From Spirogloea muscicola (lineage: Eukaryota), in NCBI GenBank assembly GCA_009602725.1, contig WELB01000005.1, positions 831,323 through 895,322 of the forward strand: a DNA stretch of 64,000 nt, in the 5' to 3' direction. How positions within the stretch are numbered: the stretch's first letter is position 1; each line of letters begins with the position of its first letter. The position numbers were made by a program, and so were the translations under genes. Below are positions 25,882 through 39,600 of this stretch, in pieces. Below the pieces are notes generated by a model, which searched no databases, was not told the origin of the DNA, and was given only the letters and a program-made list of their open reading frames with translations.

Positions 25882-28800
25882 TTAAGACACGGCGATTGAG
25901 GTGATGGGTGGCGTGCTCGATGTACCCGACAGCTGGTTGCCGATCGGTGCCCTCGAGCCAGATGCCACAGCTGGCACAAGGCTACCGGCTTCAGAAACCA
26001 CTGATGCCGAGCTGCACGAGCCCTGACCAAGGCCGCCGTTGACACAGGCTGGGATAGTGCCGTTGCTTGTGCACTCCCTCGCTCTGTGAAAATCCTCCAG
26101 CTCTTGGAAGTCCGTTGCAAGTATCCTTTCCAGCTCGGGGTCCTTCTGCAGTGCTGGCGCCTGCCGGTCCTTGGACCGATAGTGGTGGAAAGCCCTGCAA
26201 CGTGCAAAGATACACGACGTGTACGCATGAGTAGGTCAGAACAGACCAATGGAGCAGTCTGACAGCCTCTCCCAACCCGTGCAGGTCATGCCTGAGATGC
26301 ACCTTCTCTGCACCACGTTGGCAAACATGAATACTTGCAAACACAATTTGCAGGCAAGGGGCTAACCAGTACTTCTCCAACCCGTACAGGTTGCCCTTAT
26401 TGTACGTCTCCAGCGTCAGCTTCTCAAAATCATCGTACATACTTTGCTCAAAGCATGACTCTAGGCCATAGCTGCAGGAAAAGCGGCCGGAATGCATACA
26501 GCACGTCAGATCGGCTGGCACCAATCGACATACCTTGGGAGAGACATGAAGATCTGCTAAAGAGCTGTCCTCCACAAAGAGAGGGAAGGATGAGGGCACG
26601 CAAGGACCTGTAGAAACGGAAGAGGCACTCAAGCCCGTAACTGAACCCAGCAGCACTGTCCTCCACAGCCAGCCGCCTGAAGTCATCGTACATGGCCTGG
26701 TTGAAGTTGGTCCGCAGGAAGTAGGACCAGAATCGGAACAGGGTGTTCATCTCCTGGACAACATCCAAGCACAGACAGATGCAAGCGTGTGAGTGCAACC
26801 GACTCCCAGTGCTTGTCAGGCCAAAGACAAGTCCAGCGTCCTCCATCTCATATCCTACCTCACTGCAACCAATGCCGAGGCGCTTGCGCTCCTTCATGCA
26901 TCGCTTGTAGAAGTGGCTGTACCTGCAGGGTTTAAGGTTTAGGGTTTAGGATTAAGAAGCGAGTCAGTGCTAGCTTGGGCTTTTCTCAATCTGGAGATAT
27001 CCAGATCTTGCCTGCAATCACAACCGTTCACATTCAGAGAAGCCAGAGGAATGGCAAGAACTGGACACACTTCTGCTCGCGGAAGCCGTTGTCTTCCAGC
27101 AATGCGTAGCTGGTGTGCTGCTGTTGCGGTAAGGACTTGGGGGAGGCTCCCATTATCGGCCCATTGCCCACTGAGAGAGTGGAAGCTGGCGAGCTGCCCA
27201 GCTTGCCGCCTGCCGCCCAGGACGACGAGAGCAGCCCCAAGCTGCTGCACAGGAGCCAAACTTCAGCTCGTCAGCTGCAGTACAAATGTAGCACCTCATC
27301 AAAGAGCTTCGAGCTGCGTATGCATATGGCTGCTGGAGGCTGATCACCTGACAACAGCCCCTCAGAATACCATGTAATTTGCTGGGCGAGGGACAGAGGC
27401 ATGTCAAGTTTGTCAAGGTGCAACCATCTTCTAAGCTGACCTGCTCGACTCAGGGGGAGTGCTCCCGAAAAAGAACCCAAGTGACTCGGTAGTGAGAGGG
27501 CTGTCTGCAGTGACGCCCTTCCGGTCAGCGTGGCCCGAGATAAAGCGGACGCGACTACGCCCGGCCTGCTGGCCATTGTGGCTGCTGCTCGGGCCGCCAT
27601 TGGACAAGCCCTTGTTGCCCCTTGGCGGGCGGGTAGAGTGGCCGCCCTCGGACCCGCTCCCTGCGCTCAGGCTGCCGGCGCTGCTGCCCAGAGACCCCAC
27701 CACCGCACGCATGCTATCTCCTTCGAGCTGCAGGAGAGCCCTGCTGCCATTGTGGTAGCCATTGTTGACTGTCTCTTTGCCCACCCTCACTCCATTCTCG
27801 TGCGCGTCCTTATTCCGCCCCGGGAGCGAGCTGCAGGCTCGCCGGCTCCTGCCCTGCCGCCCCTCCTGCAATGGGCCATTGCCGCAGATGTTCAGTTTGG
27901 CACGGACAGGCACAACGTGCAGTTAAGACTGATCTACAGAAGTGGAGCCAGAACTTCAGCTGCAGCTAAAGTCTGACCTGCTGAGGAATTTGGAAGCCTT
28001 CAATGGGCTTCTTGACCATGTCACCCCGACCCTCTGTGCTCCAAGGCTTTATCCTCTTCTGCAAGATAGGATGTCGAAACAAACAGCTCCGGAAAATATT
28101 AAGCGAGCACGGGCGAGCTGCAACAGCTTCATGGGCACCCCATTACAATTTACATTAGGTATCTGAGCCATCCTAACATACAGCTTTGCTTCAGCAGAGT
28201 AGGACATGATCTGGGCACCTCCACGTAGCCATGAGGACATGTGCCGAAAATCACTGCTAGCTTCTAAGACTACAATACGTCCGCACCTGAGTGACAACAA
28301 TAAGGTGGTGTGCATTGTGAACGCCTGCATCTGAATCATCGTCGTCGTCGTCGTCAACTGCGCGCCTGCCCCTGAAGAGCGCAATTTCACGGTCAATCTA
28401 GGAGGCATGCGCCTGCGCATGCAGCATAAAAACAAGGGGCTTGCTGTAGACTGCACGCAAAGCTCAGAGCATAACGACAGTGCGCAGTTCCACCTGTCAG
28501 TGGCCTGTATAGAATTTTCTGTGCGGCCCTTTGTGGCTCCGTTGACCTCAAGCTCCTCATCAAGCTGGAATGTGTCCTCCTCCTCCCCCCGGCCAGCGTC
28601 TGCAGCACTCTGCTGAGCCGCGAACGCGGCGCTCAGGCCCCCCGCCTTGGCGTGGGCGCCAGCGGTTCGGTGCAAGAGGGCGGACCGCGGCCGCGCCACG
28701 CGCTTGCCCGCATTCCGCGATGACGGCATCTCCCACTCCCCCTCGTCGTCCGCGTCAATCTCACCGTCCCGCTGCTTGGCGGCAGCCTTGACTCCCGGCG

Positions 28801-29434
28801 GCAGCATTGCAGTGCCACCTTTGAGCAGGGAAGCCCTGGTGCTGGTACTGCCCCCCTCAGCAGCCTTGGCGCTCGCATTCCCTGGCGGAGGCTCATCTTG
28901 CGCCACCTTGCCCTTCTCCTCCCCCCCCACTTCCGGTGCTCCTAGCCCGCTGGTCACAGCCACATCTGCAGCCCCCGGCGCTCGAGAAGGGACCTCCAAA
29001 ACCCCGCTGGCCTCAGCAGGCCCAGGAGTGTGGTCGCCGCCTGCTCGGCTAGTGCCGCTCGTATCCCCAGCATTGACGGCTGCAGCCTCGGAACTGGCCC
29101 TTTGAGCAGTGGTCGCCACGGCTTGCGGCACGCCTGCATCCGCCGCCCTTGCTGCAGCCGGGGCGCCTGGCTCGTCAGCGGCTCGCTTTGGCTCAGTCTG
29201 GGTTGCTTTCAGTTGCAATGGCCTGCTGTTGTCCTCCTTGCCCGCCCTCTTGCCCGCTGCAACGGGAGCGGCGTCCAACCGAGGCACCACAGAACCACTG
29301 TCGCTGCTGGCTACTACGCTGTTGGCCTCTGAGGGCCGCCTGCTACCTTGGAATCCGTGCCGCTCCCAGAATAGCCGGCCCTCCTCGCCGCGGTCGGACA
29401 CAGCACCAGGGGAGATGGGCCCAAGTACGGCAAT

Positions 29435-29471
<37 letters not shown>

Positions 29472-32322
29472 CCGGTAGCTGCCGAGGGGAGCAGCCAGTT
29501 CATCCAGTCCTCCCGTTTTCGCAATCTCTCACCCTGTGATCCGAATATGCATGCAGCAAAATCAGCTCACATGAAGAGCGTGAGCAGGAACATTGAAGCT
29601 CAGGCCAGCCCGGGCTTGTAGGTTGCTGTCAATTCAGGTGCTCTACATGTACCTGAATTTCAACCACAGCGGAGTTGCGCAGCGAGTCGAGAATGAGCGC
29701 TGTGTCATTGGTCAGCATCTTCACCTGCGAGCGCATGCAGCACACAGGCAGAGTCACAAGGACCATCAGCGACAATGCAAGAAAGAGTTGGTCAGAAGCT
29801 TTCTCAGATGCCCAAGTTGCTGGCCGTGTGCTCCTGTGTGCCGTACGCGATTAAACTGCGCAATAACGGCAATGTCGATGAAGCCTTGCTCGTCCATCTT
29901 GGAGCGGAGGAAGATGTCACGGCACAGGTTCTCGATGCTGCAGGAGCCAGGCACCCAAGACAGCGCAGCATGAGGCTTTGCCTACTCAGCGAGCAGGGGC
30001 GATCAGCTGCGTGCATTGGCGCTGGCTGAGGCAAGGGCTGTCCTGGCACTCGCACCGACCTTGCAACGGAAGCTGTGGAGTCTGGCTTCTGCTGCAAACT
30101 AGCTATCCTCCTAAGACGAAGGAGGCGCCATGAGGAGGCGCCAGGTCGAAGTGGAGGGTGGGAGGAGGGAGGTGGAGGGAGGCGTGCCTGAAGTAGTACT
30201 CAATCTGCCGAATGAGCAGTGCCTGCAGAGGCAGCGAGGCCTGCGCCATGGCGGCAGCTGCCGCTGCTGCCGCCGCCGCCGCCACGGCGGCGTCAGCTGG
30301 CAGGACAGCCGGCATCGGCCCGACCACGGCCGCTGGGTAGCCAGGGAAGTAGGTGCCGCCAGGGACGGAGGCAACCGCCATGGTGCCGCCTGGTGGCGGG
30401 ATGAAGAACGCCATACCTGCGAAGCCGGTGAGCAGTGAGCAGCTCAGACGCAAGAGTCGGTGGAACGCATCCATCCGTGGATCAGCTCATGTGCGGCGGC
30501 AGCAGGGATGGGTAACGACAGGTCAGCACCTGGCGGGCCAGCGAATGCTGCTCCTCCGCCGTAGCCCCGGGGGCCTCCCCCGCCGCTGTGGCGGAGGCCG
30601 GCGCCACGGCCAGCGCTGGCCCCGCCGCCGACATCCAGGTGCTGGCTGCCACTGACGAGCGATGGGCCGATGCCAGGAGCACGCCCGCTGGCCGCGTAAC
30701 CGCCGACGCTGCCGCCGCCGCCGCCACCACCACCGCCGACGCCGCCACCGCTATTGTACAACGGCTGCTGCTGTGAAGATCCTCGGCCACTGCTGCCGCC
30801 TCGGCGAACGCCGGGGCCGCCCCCGCTGCCGCCAGGACCCATCCCGCCACGCCCTGTAAAGCGTTGCTGCAGGGGCGGTGGCTGCTGCTGCAACGGCGGC
30901 TGCAGGCTTGCACGCTCCCGGTCGTTGCTGCCGCCACCCCCACCACGTGCTGACTCGCGCCCACTACCACTGCCACTGCCGCTGCCTGCTCCACCGTAGT
31001 TGCCACCGCCACTGCTGCCGCCACTGCTGCCGCCACCACCTGCTACGCCTGCTCTGGCGCTTCCCGCATGGCTGGCTATGTCCCCATGCGGCGGCGCCTG
31101 CAGGCCGCTCCCTGTCGCCATGCGCGCTTTGGCTGGCAGCTGCTGCCGCCCGCTCCCGCTGGCCGCTGGAGACCTGAGGGCTGCACCCTGCACACAGGGG
31201 GTTGCATTCAGCATGAGTAGCAGACAGCTGCAGGAGCACTGTGTGCAGGAGCGCAGTAGCGGCGGCATGCGATGCACATGCATGCCCAAATGCGCACGGC
31301 CTAGCTGTGCGCTCTACAACACGGCAACTCACCCCGTCGCTAGGGGCCGTCTTGGCAGTGTCATCGCTGCTTCGGATGCTGGGGGCTGCCGCCTTCTGCT
31401 TGGCGTCACCAAGCGTCGGCCACGCAACAGCGCCCATGACCGGGGGCACTACCACGGCAGCTGCCGCCGCGGCAGGAGTTGCAGCCACAGCAGCACGGCC
31501 CCATGCCGGCTTGGCCGGCTTGACGGGCTCGTCAGCGACCGCAGTCGCTGCCTCCCGGCTGTGGCTCTCAGCGTCGCCGTGAGGCTCAGCATGCGCAGCG
31601 GGAAGCGCTGCTGCAGCAGCGATAATGCCTTCGGTGCTGACGCCACCGCCGCCACCACCACTGCCACCACCAGGAGAAGGTGTCTCATCGGAGCCACGGC
31701 TGACGGTGTTCTGCTGAGGCGCCTGCTGCTGCTCCTGCCGAGTCTGGCCGGCAACCGCGCCGCCGGTGGAGCGCGTCGGCTGGCGATGCTGCTGCGGCAG
31801 CTGCGGCTGTTGTGGCTGGGGCGGCTGCTGCAGAGGGCCGGAGCCTCGTCGAGGCAGGCCGCCGCCGCCGCCGCCCGTCGCAGAGCCGCCCGTCGGCCTG
31901 CCATTCGGCGGGCCCGGCTTGCCTGCAGCTAGCATTCCCGCCGCCGCCGCCGCCGCCGCCGCCGCCTGATGCTGCTGCTGCTGCTTGCGAGGCACAACCC
32001 GCTCAAAGGGCCCCATGCCGTCATCGTCGCCGTCGTCGGCGGGGTGCTCGGCCCGCGGCTGCAAGCTGCGCACCGTCGGGCGCTGCGCCAAGAGCGGCGG
32101 CTCCAGCTTCTGCGGCGGCGTTGCGAGCGCGGCGTCGGCCCGCACGATCTGAGACCACGCGGCGCCCTTGCCGGGAGGCGCGGCTCTCGAGCTGGCGGTG
32201 GCGGCGCGGGCGGCGGCAGCAGCGGGGTCCGGCATCGGCGACGGGGCGCCTGCGGCCGCGCCGCCCTTGGCGGAGGCCGGATGAGCAATCGTCGCCGCCT
32301 CCGGCTCCGCCTCCGAGGCCAT
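25882..32322 (-). CDS. LARP1: La-related protein 1 (La motif + DM15 repeats)
   Basis: [16 protein letters not shown], La motif [49 protein letters not shown]15 [41 protein letters not shown] at 32322, stop at 25882. Confidence 0.93.
26927..26954 (+). repeat. Short degenerate plant telomere-like (TTTAGGG)n tract at the 3' end of a LARP1 intron
   Basis: AGGGTTTAAGGTTTAGGGTTTAGGATTA. Confidence 0.6.
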
Positions 32323-32401
32323 GGTGGCGGCGGCCCCGGGCAGCTGCCTGGCCAGCTTCGCAGCAGCGCGGGGAGAAGTACGCGGCCCTGAGCGGCAGTA
32401 G

Positions 32402-32432
<31 letters not shown>

Positions 32433-32469
32433 GGCGACGGCAGGAGCCTTGGCGGCAGTCGGGCAGGCA

Positions 32470-32856
32470 NNNNNNNNNNNNNNNNNNNNNNNNNNNNNNN
32501 NNNNNNNNNNNNNNNNNNNNNNNNNNNNNNNNNNNNNNNNNNNNNNNNNNNNNNNNNNNNNNNNNNNNNNNNNNNNNNNNNNNNNNNNNNNNNNNNNNNN
32601 NNNNNNNNNNNNNNNNNNNNNNNNNNNNNNNNNNNNNNNNNNNNNNNNNNNNNNNNNNNNNNNNNNNNNNNNNNNNNNNNNNNNNNNNNNNNNNNNNNNN
32701 NNNNNNNNNNNNNNNNNNNNNNNNNNNNNNNNNNNNNNNNNNNNNNNNNNNNNNNNNNNNNNNNNNNNNNNNNNNNNNNNNNNNNNNNNNNNNNNNNNNN
32801 NNNNNNNNNNNNNNNNNNNNNNNNNNNNNNNNNNNNNNNNNNNNNNNNNNNNNNNN
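32470..32856. other. Assembly gap between divergent LARP1 and BUD22-like genes
   Basis: N run. Confidence 0.99.
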
Positions 32857-32888
32857 GGGGCTGGCGCGGCGGCGCCCGTGACAGCGCC

Positions 32889-34670
32889 ATGGCGAGGCCG
32901 CCGCGGGCGCCGCCATGCCGCGCGGAGGACGCGGACCCCGCGGCGAGCGCCCGCCGGCAGCTGTTCCACGACCGCAAGCTCCTGCGCCAGGTCCTCGCCC
33001 AGTTAGCTCTGCCCTCCCGGAGCCTCCGGCCGAGGCGGGGCGGCCGTAGCGGCGCTGGACGCGCATGCGCCGGTGGCCCTCCCTGGCCATGTCGGAGGCC
33101 TGCGCTCTGACATCGAGCGGTGTGGCTGGTGGTAGTGCCTCAGGCGCTCAAGAGGGCCAAGCAGTTCGAGGTGCGCAAGCTCTGCCGGCGCCTCCGCCAT
33201 GCCGAGGAGCTCGAGCGCGCCGCCGCAGCACCCGCGGAGGAGAGCGCCGCGGCAGCCTCTGCCGCTCCCAAGCCCCGCAAAGGCAGCACCGCATCGCTGG
33301 CACTCAAGCTTGGCGCCCTCAAGGTGCGCCGCGCACCACTCTGCCCGCTTTGTGGGTACATCGCGCGCTTCTCCAGCGCTCACGAGTCGCCCCAAATCAC
33401 CCATCTGAGACGTATTTGGTCATGGCTGCCTCCTGCTCTGGCAGGCGGTGCCCCTTGAGGAGGCTGTGCACCGTGTGCAAGTTGCGCTGGACGCTGAGAG
33501 CGGTCCGCTCAGCGCGGCCAGAGCCTCGCGCCAGGGGGCCGCTGAAGACAGGCCCGCGGTGACGGCGGAGGTGGAGTGGGCCCTGCGGCGCCTGCAGTCT
33601 GCCCAGTGTGTCCAGGACGTGGTGCACCGCATGGAGGCAGACGAGCGAGCCGTCACAGCTGCGGCAGCGGAAGCTGAGCAGAAGGGGGCCGAGTCTGGCA
33701 AGGAGGAGCATATCTTGGAGCGAGGCGCTGCTGGCCTTACTGAAGCTGGGCCTGGTGGCCTGGTCGTGCCCGAAGACACTGAGCACCGCAAGGTCCGACG
33801 GAGGAGAGGGCCAGGCAAGGGCCAAGATCTGCACGTGCGGCCTCGAGGCAGTGGAAGTCGCCCTCCCGATGCACGCCAGCAGCTCGCTGGCTCGCACAAG
33901 AGGTCTCTCGAGGCCGCGGTGAGCTATTTGCAGATGACTGCACTTCTGCGCTGGCCCGCTGGTCGTGACTGGGCCTAGGGGTGCGATGCGGGAGGCCGCT
34001 CTGGCTCATGGCGCAGCAAAGTACTGACACAATTGCTTACCATCCAGGACCGAGCGGGATCAAGGCCTGCCCCCAAGGCGCGCGACCCGGTGGTTGGTAA
34101 GGCGCGCAAGGCCGGCAGCAGACCACTGCTGTCTAGAGCTGGAAATCGCATGGGCCAGAGAGAGCGGCGAAGGTGAGGACAATGGCGCCCTCGCTGCTCA
34201 GACGGCCAACCTCTTCTTCAGGGGCAAGAAGCCTGCTAATTCAAGTGCTGCCTTGCCGGCGAGCAGCAGTCTTCGAGTGTGCCCAGTGCCTTCTCCACAA
34301 GTAGCTGGCAGCCGGAGTGCATTGCTGATGCGTCATCTGCTCGCTGCTTGGCAGGCTGGCTCAGCTGCAGGCTACTGGGGCTGCCAGGGTCACAGGCCGG
34401 AGCAGGAGTGCAGGTAGTGGCCGAGATGGCAAAAGGTCAGGACACGGGCATGGACAGCGGGATGCGGTAAAGGGCCCTGGCGGCAGAGCGGTTGGCAAGG
34501 CCAAGTCGACCTCGCAGAGGAGCCTCGCAGCGGTCAAGAGCTCAGGCGGCCGCTCGGCGGCGTCCTCAGAGAAGCTTCACCCATCCTGGGCGGCCAAGGC
34601 TGCCCAGGCCAAGCTCCTGGCAGTGGCGGGCAGCGGTCAAAAGATTGTATTTGCGGACGACAATGGTTGA
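32889..34670 (+). CDS. BUD22/SRFBP1-family ribosome biogenesis protein
   Basis: N-terminal ALKRAKQFEVRKLCRRL; NRMGQRERR at ~34144; C-terminal EKLHPSWAAKAAQAK..GQKIVFADDNG* (stop 34668-34670). Confidence 0.82.
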
Positions 34671-34758
34671 TTTTATGGTTGCAAAGAGGCACTTCAGCGC
34701 TTGAGCACTTGATTGTGGGTTGCTATAGCACACAGTGAGTCACGTGGCCACGAGGCAT

Positions 34759-36600
34759 TCAGTCACCCCTGTTGAGCAGCCAGCCGCAGGTCAGAGAAAC
34801 TAGCCGGGTGGCGGGTCCCCTGCCCAGAGCCAGAGGCTCTGGAAGGCCCCCGACATTGCTTGCAAGGCCATCCACCGCAGGAGGGAGGACAAGCAAGCCA
34901 GAAGTGTGTTTGGGGAAAACGCCACGGCCAGGGTGTGTTCCCTGCAGTAAGAGAAGGGGCGCGTTGCGTTTGAAATGAAAGCGTGGCCAATTCAAGCCAA
35001 TACATTGTTCAGAAGAAAACTAGTGCGAAGAAATGGGGGCCTTGTCAACCCGTCCTACGACCACTTCTGGAATCGCTGGAGGAGTGGGCCAGCAACAGTG
35101 GCCCGGAGGGATGGCCGGAGAAATGAGAGGGATGGCAGGGGCGGGAAGGAGGGCCGGATCGCCAATGGGGGCCATGTCGACCCGTCCTGCTCTGCTTCTG
35201 GAGCTGCTAGAGGATTGGGGGAGAAGAAGGGCGAGCGGCGCAGCGCCGGTCCCACCGCCGTCTCCTTGTACGTTCCTTGTGGGATGGCCTTTCTGTCGGG
35301 TCCCTTCTTCTCGCTTCCCAGTGGCTCGACCTGCTGGCCAGGCTTGCTCGGCGCGCTGTGTCCCGCAGGCGAGGTGAGCCGGCTGACTTCAACGCCGCTG
35401 GCTCGTGGGCCCAGGTCTATCGCATGCGTTTGTCAATCTCCCTCCAGCGGTCCATGGCCCACGCCTTGCATCTGCGTGCTCTCGTTGCAGCCTCTGGCTT
35501 CCGTCAGGGGGATGATTTCCCGGCAGCTAGTCTGTCGGGTCTGAGGCTCCTCACTCGTAGCTACTGAGAGACCCATCCTACACCTGTTCTGACACGGCGC
35601 TTTAGGCCCCTCCTTCAATTGGCCCCGTCGATCCTTGCTCAGTTCTTGTCGGGCTGGCTTTTCACAGCCCTCTACCCCATTGGGCGTGCGAGACTCCACT
35701 CGGCCTCTTCCCCGGGGGCAGCGGCGTGGCTCCGGGCCGTCCCCCTCAATGACGCCCTCACTCTCCTGGACGAGGTATTCCGCAGTGCCGTCCACCGGCT
35801 CCTCGGCATGCCGCCGCCATGTCTCCGGGGTGTGCGTCATTGTGAATGTGGCGAGCGAGGGGCCGAGCCTGGGGAGCTCGCCGCTCATGTTCTGCGCTGT
35901 TCCCACGCCGGAGAGCGGACAGCGGCCCACGACCGCCTCCGGCATGCGATGCATGGCATCCTGGTAGAGGCTGGCTTCTCGATGGCAGCGGAGAACTCCG
36001 CCGTCATGCCGCTCCAGCAACGGGCCGACGGTCTCCACGTTCGTCGCGTCGACCTTGTGGCCACCCCACAAGCTGGCGGGCCACGTCTTATCCTTGACGT
36101 GGTGACCACCGACGCACACGACCGCTCACACCCAGCCCAATGTGCCACCAAGGCCGGGTATGCGGTCGCCTGCGCCGCTCGGGCGCAGTAGCTCAAGTAT
36201 GCTGATCATCCGCGGGAAGACGAATGCCTCCCGCTGGCTTTCGACTCGCATGGGGCGTTTGACGCTCGGTGGCTCGAGCTGCTCAACCAGCTCGCCCGCC
36301 ACGCCATCGTCCGCCGTCGAAGGGGCCAAACTACGAGCTAAGCAGCGACAGTGGGGCCTGAAGAGAAAAGCGCGCCCATAGAAAAGAGGGGCTGGCCAAG
36401 CCAGCCCAAAACAGAATGGACAATGTCCAAGAGGCTATGGATGCTTAGTCACGGGTTCCTGAGTGCTTCGTGGCTGCTTTGTTTCTTATTTGTGCTTGTT
36501 TTTCGTAGCGCTTACCCTGGCCCCCTTCTCGTACTTGGTTCATCCTTTTTGGGCTGGCGTTTCCAGCCCCTATCCTCAATAGGCGAGCCCGTTCTTTTCG
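34759..36600 (+). mobile_element. Stack of CRE-like retrotransposon fragments, including the longest endonuclease piece (35690-36316)
   Basis: Degenerate minus-strand ORF end at ~34759-34870; subfamily B ..SLSGLRLLTRSY* (stop 35567). Then AWLRAVP..FRSAVHRLLG, CCHC knuckle CECG..HVLRC, HDRLR..EAG..EN, RRVDL..LDVVTT, A..KYADH..LPLAFDSHGAF with an internal stop. Inverted 3' ends at 36317-36430; subfamily D end at 36430-36600. Confidence 0.88.
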
Positions 36601-36650
36601 TATTGGAAGAGCCGTTCCCTCTTTCTGTCGGGGCCACCGCCTGACGTCGA

Positions 36651-39600
36651 ATGAGCTGCTATCTCCGATCGGTCAAGTGGTTCGAGCGACGGTCCGGCCG
36701 ACGGCCGCAGGCGCGGGAAGCGGCGGCCGCGCCGGGCGGCTCCGCCCCCGCCGCCGCCGCCGACNGGCCTCGGTCGGCTCGGCCGCCGCGCGACCGTCGG
36801 CGACCTGCGGTTCACGGCGGCTGCGCCGGCAGGCGCTGGCTGCGCTTGGCACCTGCCCGGGCTGCGCCGTCGGCCTCCTGAGGACGCCCTTGCGGCCGCC
36901 GTCGCAGCCTGTGTTGGCGGAGGCGGCGACTGCGCAGCTCCATTTCCAGGCGACGGCGGCGAGCTGCCGCTGGACGAGGTGCTGGCCAGGGTGCGGCGGG
37001 CCGTCGGCAGCCCGCCGGCCGGCTGTGAAGTCTGCGGTGCGACTCCTGAAAGCCCTCTTCCGGTCTCTGCCATTGTGTCCACGGTTGCTGCCGTCGAGAC
37101 CGCCCGGGGCTGTGGCAGCGTGAAGCTGACGTGAAGCGTCGTGGGCGCCGGTGGCCGTGGGCCCAGGCTCTCAGCTCCTCATGGGGATGGCCGGCCGCTG
37201 GACGCTAAGCTGGTGCCTTGACGCCAACAGCTTCTCGGAGCGCTTCGCTGGCACCGAGGCCAGCTACGACTGGGGCTTTGACGGCGGCGACACCGCCTGG
37301 GACGTGGACGCCGCCGGACGTGTTAGCCTGCTCGAGCTCGACGACCGAGAGGTCTGCCGCGGCAGCATCGCCTTGGTGGTTATCCTGAAATGAGGCATCC
37401 GCAGGGCTTGGCCTGGCAGCGGCCCTCACGTCGCCCCTTTCGAGCAGCTGTGCATCCTCGCAGGCTGGCTGAGGACTGGCCTCTGGCTGACTCCTCGAGC
37501 GCTTGAGCGCCTGCACGTGGAGCTTGTGAGCTGCAAAGAAGCGGCCCAGCACCTAGGCCCTGCAGTCACAGAAGCACACTTGTGCTTGAGCGTCAGCCTC
37601 CGGAGCTGCCAGGTGAAGCTGCCGCCCTTTTGGCCTGTATGACTTCATAACTCAGTCGTGTTGGAGCACATGGCTTCAAAAGCCAAGGAAGCGCGTCAGG
37701 AATGGCAGTGTCCAACACAGTAGCAGCTGCCTATGGAGTATTGCCTCGGCGGGCTGCACAGGTCTGTTCTTGGTGTCTCCTCTTGGCCTTCAGCAAGTCC
37801 GTCTGGGTTGTGAATGAGTGGTTCACAGGTTATCGCATATGTGGCGGTGGCCAGGAGCAGCTGGCTGCCCACCGACTTGGCGATCAAGGCCTATGGAGCT
37901 GTCGATCGCTGGCAGCTGCGCGATTGGCAGAAGCTGCTTGTAGGTTCCATTCCTCTTGTTGTTTTGCTTCAAAGGGCGGCACGACCGCTACCAACGTTAC
38001 TTCTTATTTTCGGAACCCCAAGTGTCTTACAAAGTCAGAGGAATGGAACTGCCGCGTGACCTGTGAGTGACCTGTCACATCTTGTGTCTTGAAGCCAGAG
38101 AGTGACTACCGCTTCCCAGCCACCGTGGCTCGAGATGCTGCGGGTGGCGGCCGGCAGCTCTACCAGCTGGACAAGGCCAGCAACTGCACGGAGCCTGAGC
38201 TCCCACACGCCATGTCGGCAGCAGAAGTCCTCAGAAGGGACACCAAGAGCGCCACCACCATGGTCTTTGACACACAGGCATCTCCCAATGTGGAGGTATG
38301 TGTGCCTGCAAGCGCTGTCCTCTTTGAAGAGCTCCTGCAAACAAGGCTTGTGTTGCTTGGAAATGTCCATGCAATGCCAGTGTCCTATTTTTCCGAAGGT
38401 AAAACCTCCTTCATTTTGCTGCTGGCTAAGCCTCTTGGCTCCTCTGGCAGGTCTGCGTGGTCGCCAGTGGACACACCCTGGTGAAGCCCCTCCTGGATGG
38501 ACTGGACGTTGGGTAAGCTCTGCTAAGCTGAGTCACATGTTTATGCTGGCCAGCCTGCTCTTGCTCCGTGGCCCTACACGGAGCAAGAGCTGATGCCAGT
38601 CCAAGTCAACGTGTGTGCTTTTCTGAAGCCCTGGAGCTTCCTCTGATGCCGTTGACACTTGCCTGAGCAGGTTTTTCATACTAGATACAGGTGCAAGCGG
38701 GCTGACCATCTGCCCAAGCAAGGTAAGCGGAAGGTCGTGACTGACAGTCATGAGCAAGCCAGAAGAAGTACTTTGAGGCAAACAGGGCAAGATCGCTCGT
38801 GCCGCTGCACAGGATGAGGCCTGTGAGGTAGGTAAGCTCACTGCCTTTCCACTTTCTTGTGACTAGGCAGATGAGCTTGGCATGGGCCGATATGGGGAGG
38901 TGGCAGTGACAGGGGTTGAGGGCGAGGTGAGCCTCAACTTCAAGCACAAAGATTCCAAAGACATTGTCATTGCAGGCAAGTAGAAAGTCCACAGCTTCAG
39001 GTCAAACTAGTTTTCCTGTGACTGACTGCTGCTTTTACTACGTTATCCATCACACCCGTCTGTTGTTCCAGTTGAGCTGTTGCTTCCGCCGGGGTCGCGA
39101 CTTCTGCTTGGGGCCACTGAGTATAAGTAACCCCGTCTATTTTGAGGCAAGTTCAACTCTCACCCTTATACCAACCTTGGAGACCTTTCTCCAGATGCTC
39201 CACATTTGCTGCCTCAGCTTGCCTCATTATATGATCTGACAAAGTCTTGGACACAAAATCAGAAGCCCTGCATTTTACCTTGATCTAGGGCTTCTAGATT
39301 AGCACCCTGCACACCCTGAAGTCACCGTGTGCATATAGCAGGTCACGTAGCTTTCTTCATGCACCTCACTAAAATTGTTTGGTAGAGTCAACAGCCTAGG
39401 GTCTACAGCATTAGTATCTTGGACCTTGGCTTTGCCTTGTACTTTCTAAATGAACAAGTGGTGGATTGCAGGTCCCAATTGCTGGCGTTGTCCGGGGAGC
39501 CTCTGCGCCTGTGCTTGGCATCTGTGGCTTTGATGTGTTCAGGCAGTGTGTCATTGAGGTGCGCTCTGGTTACCTTGTGTGGAGCTCAAAGAGCCCCCTT

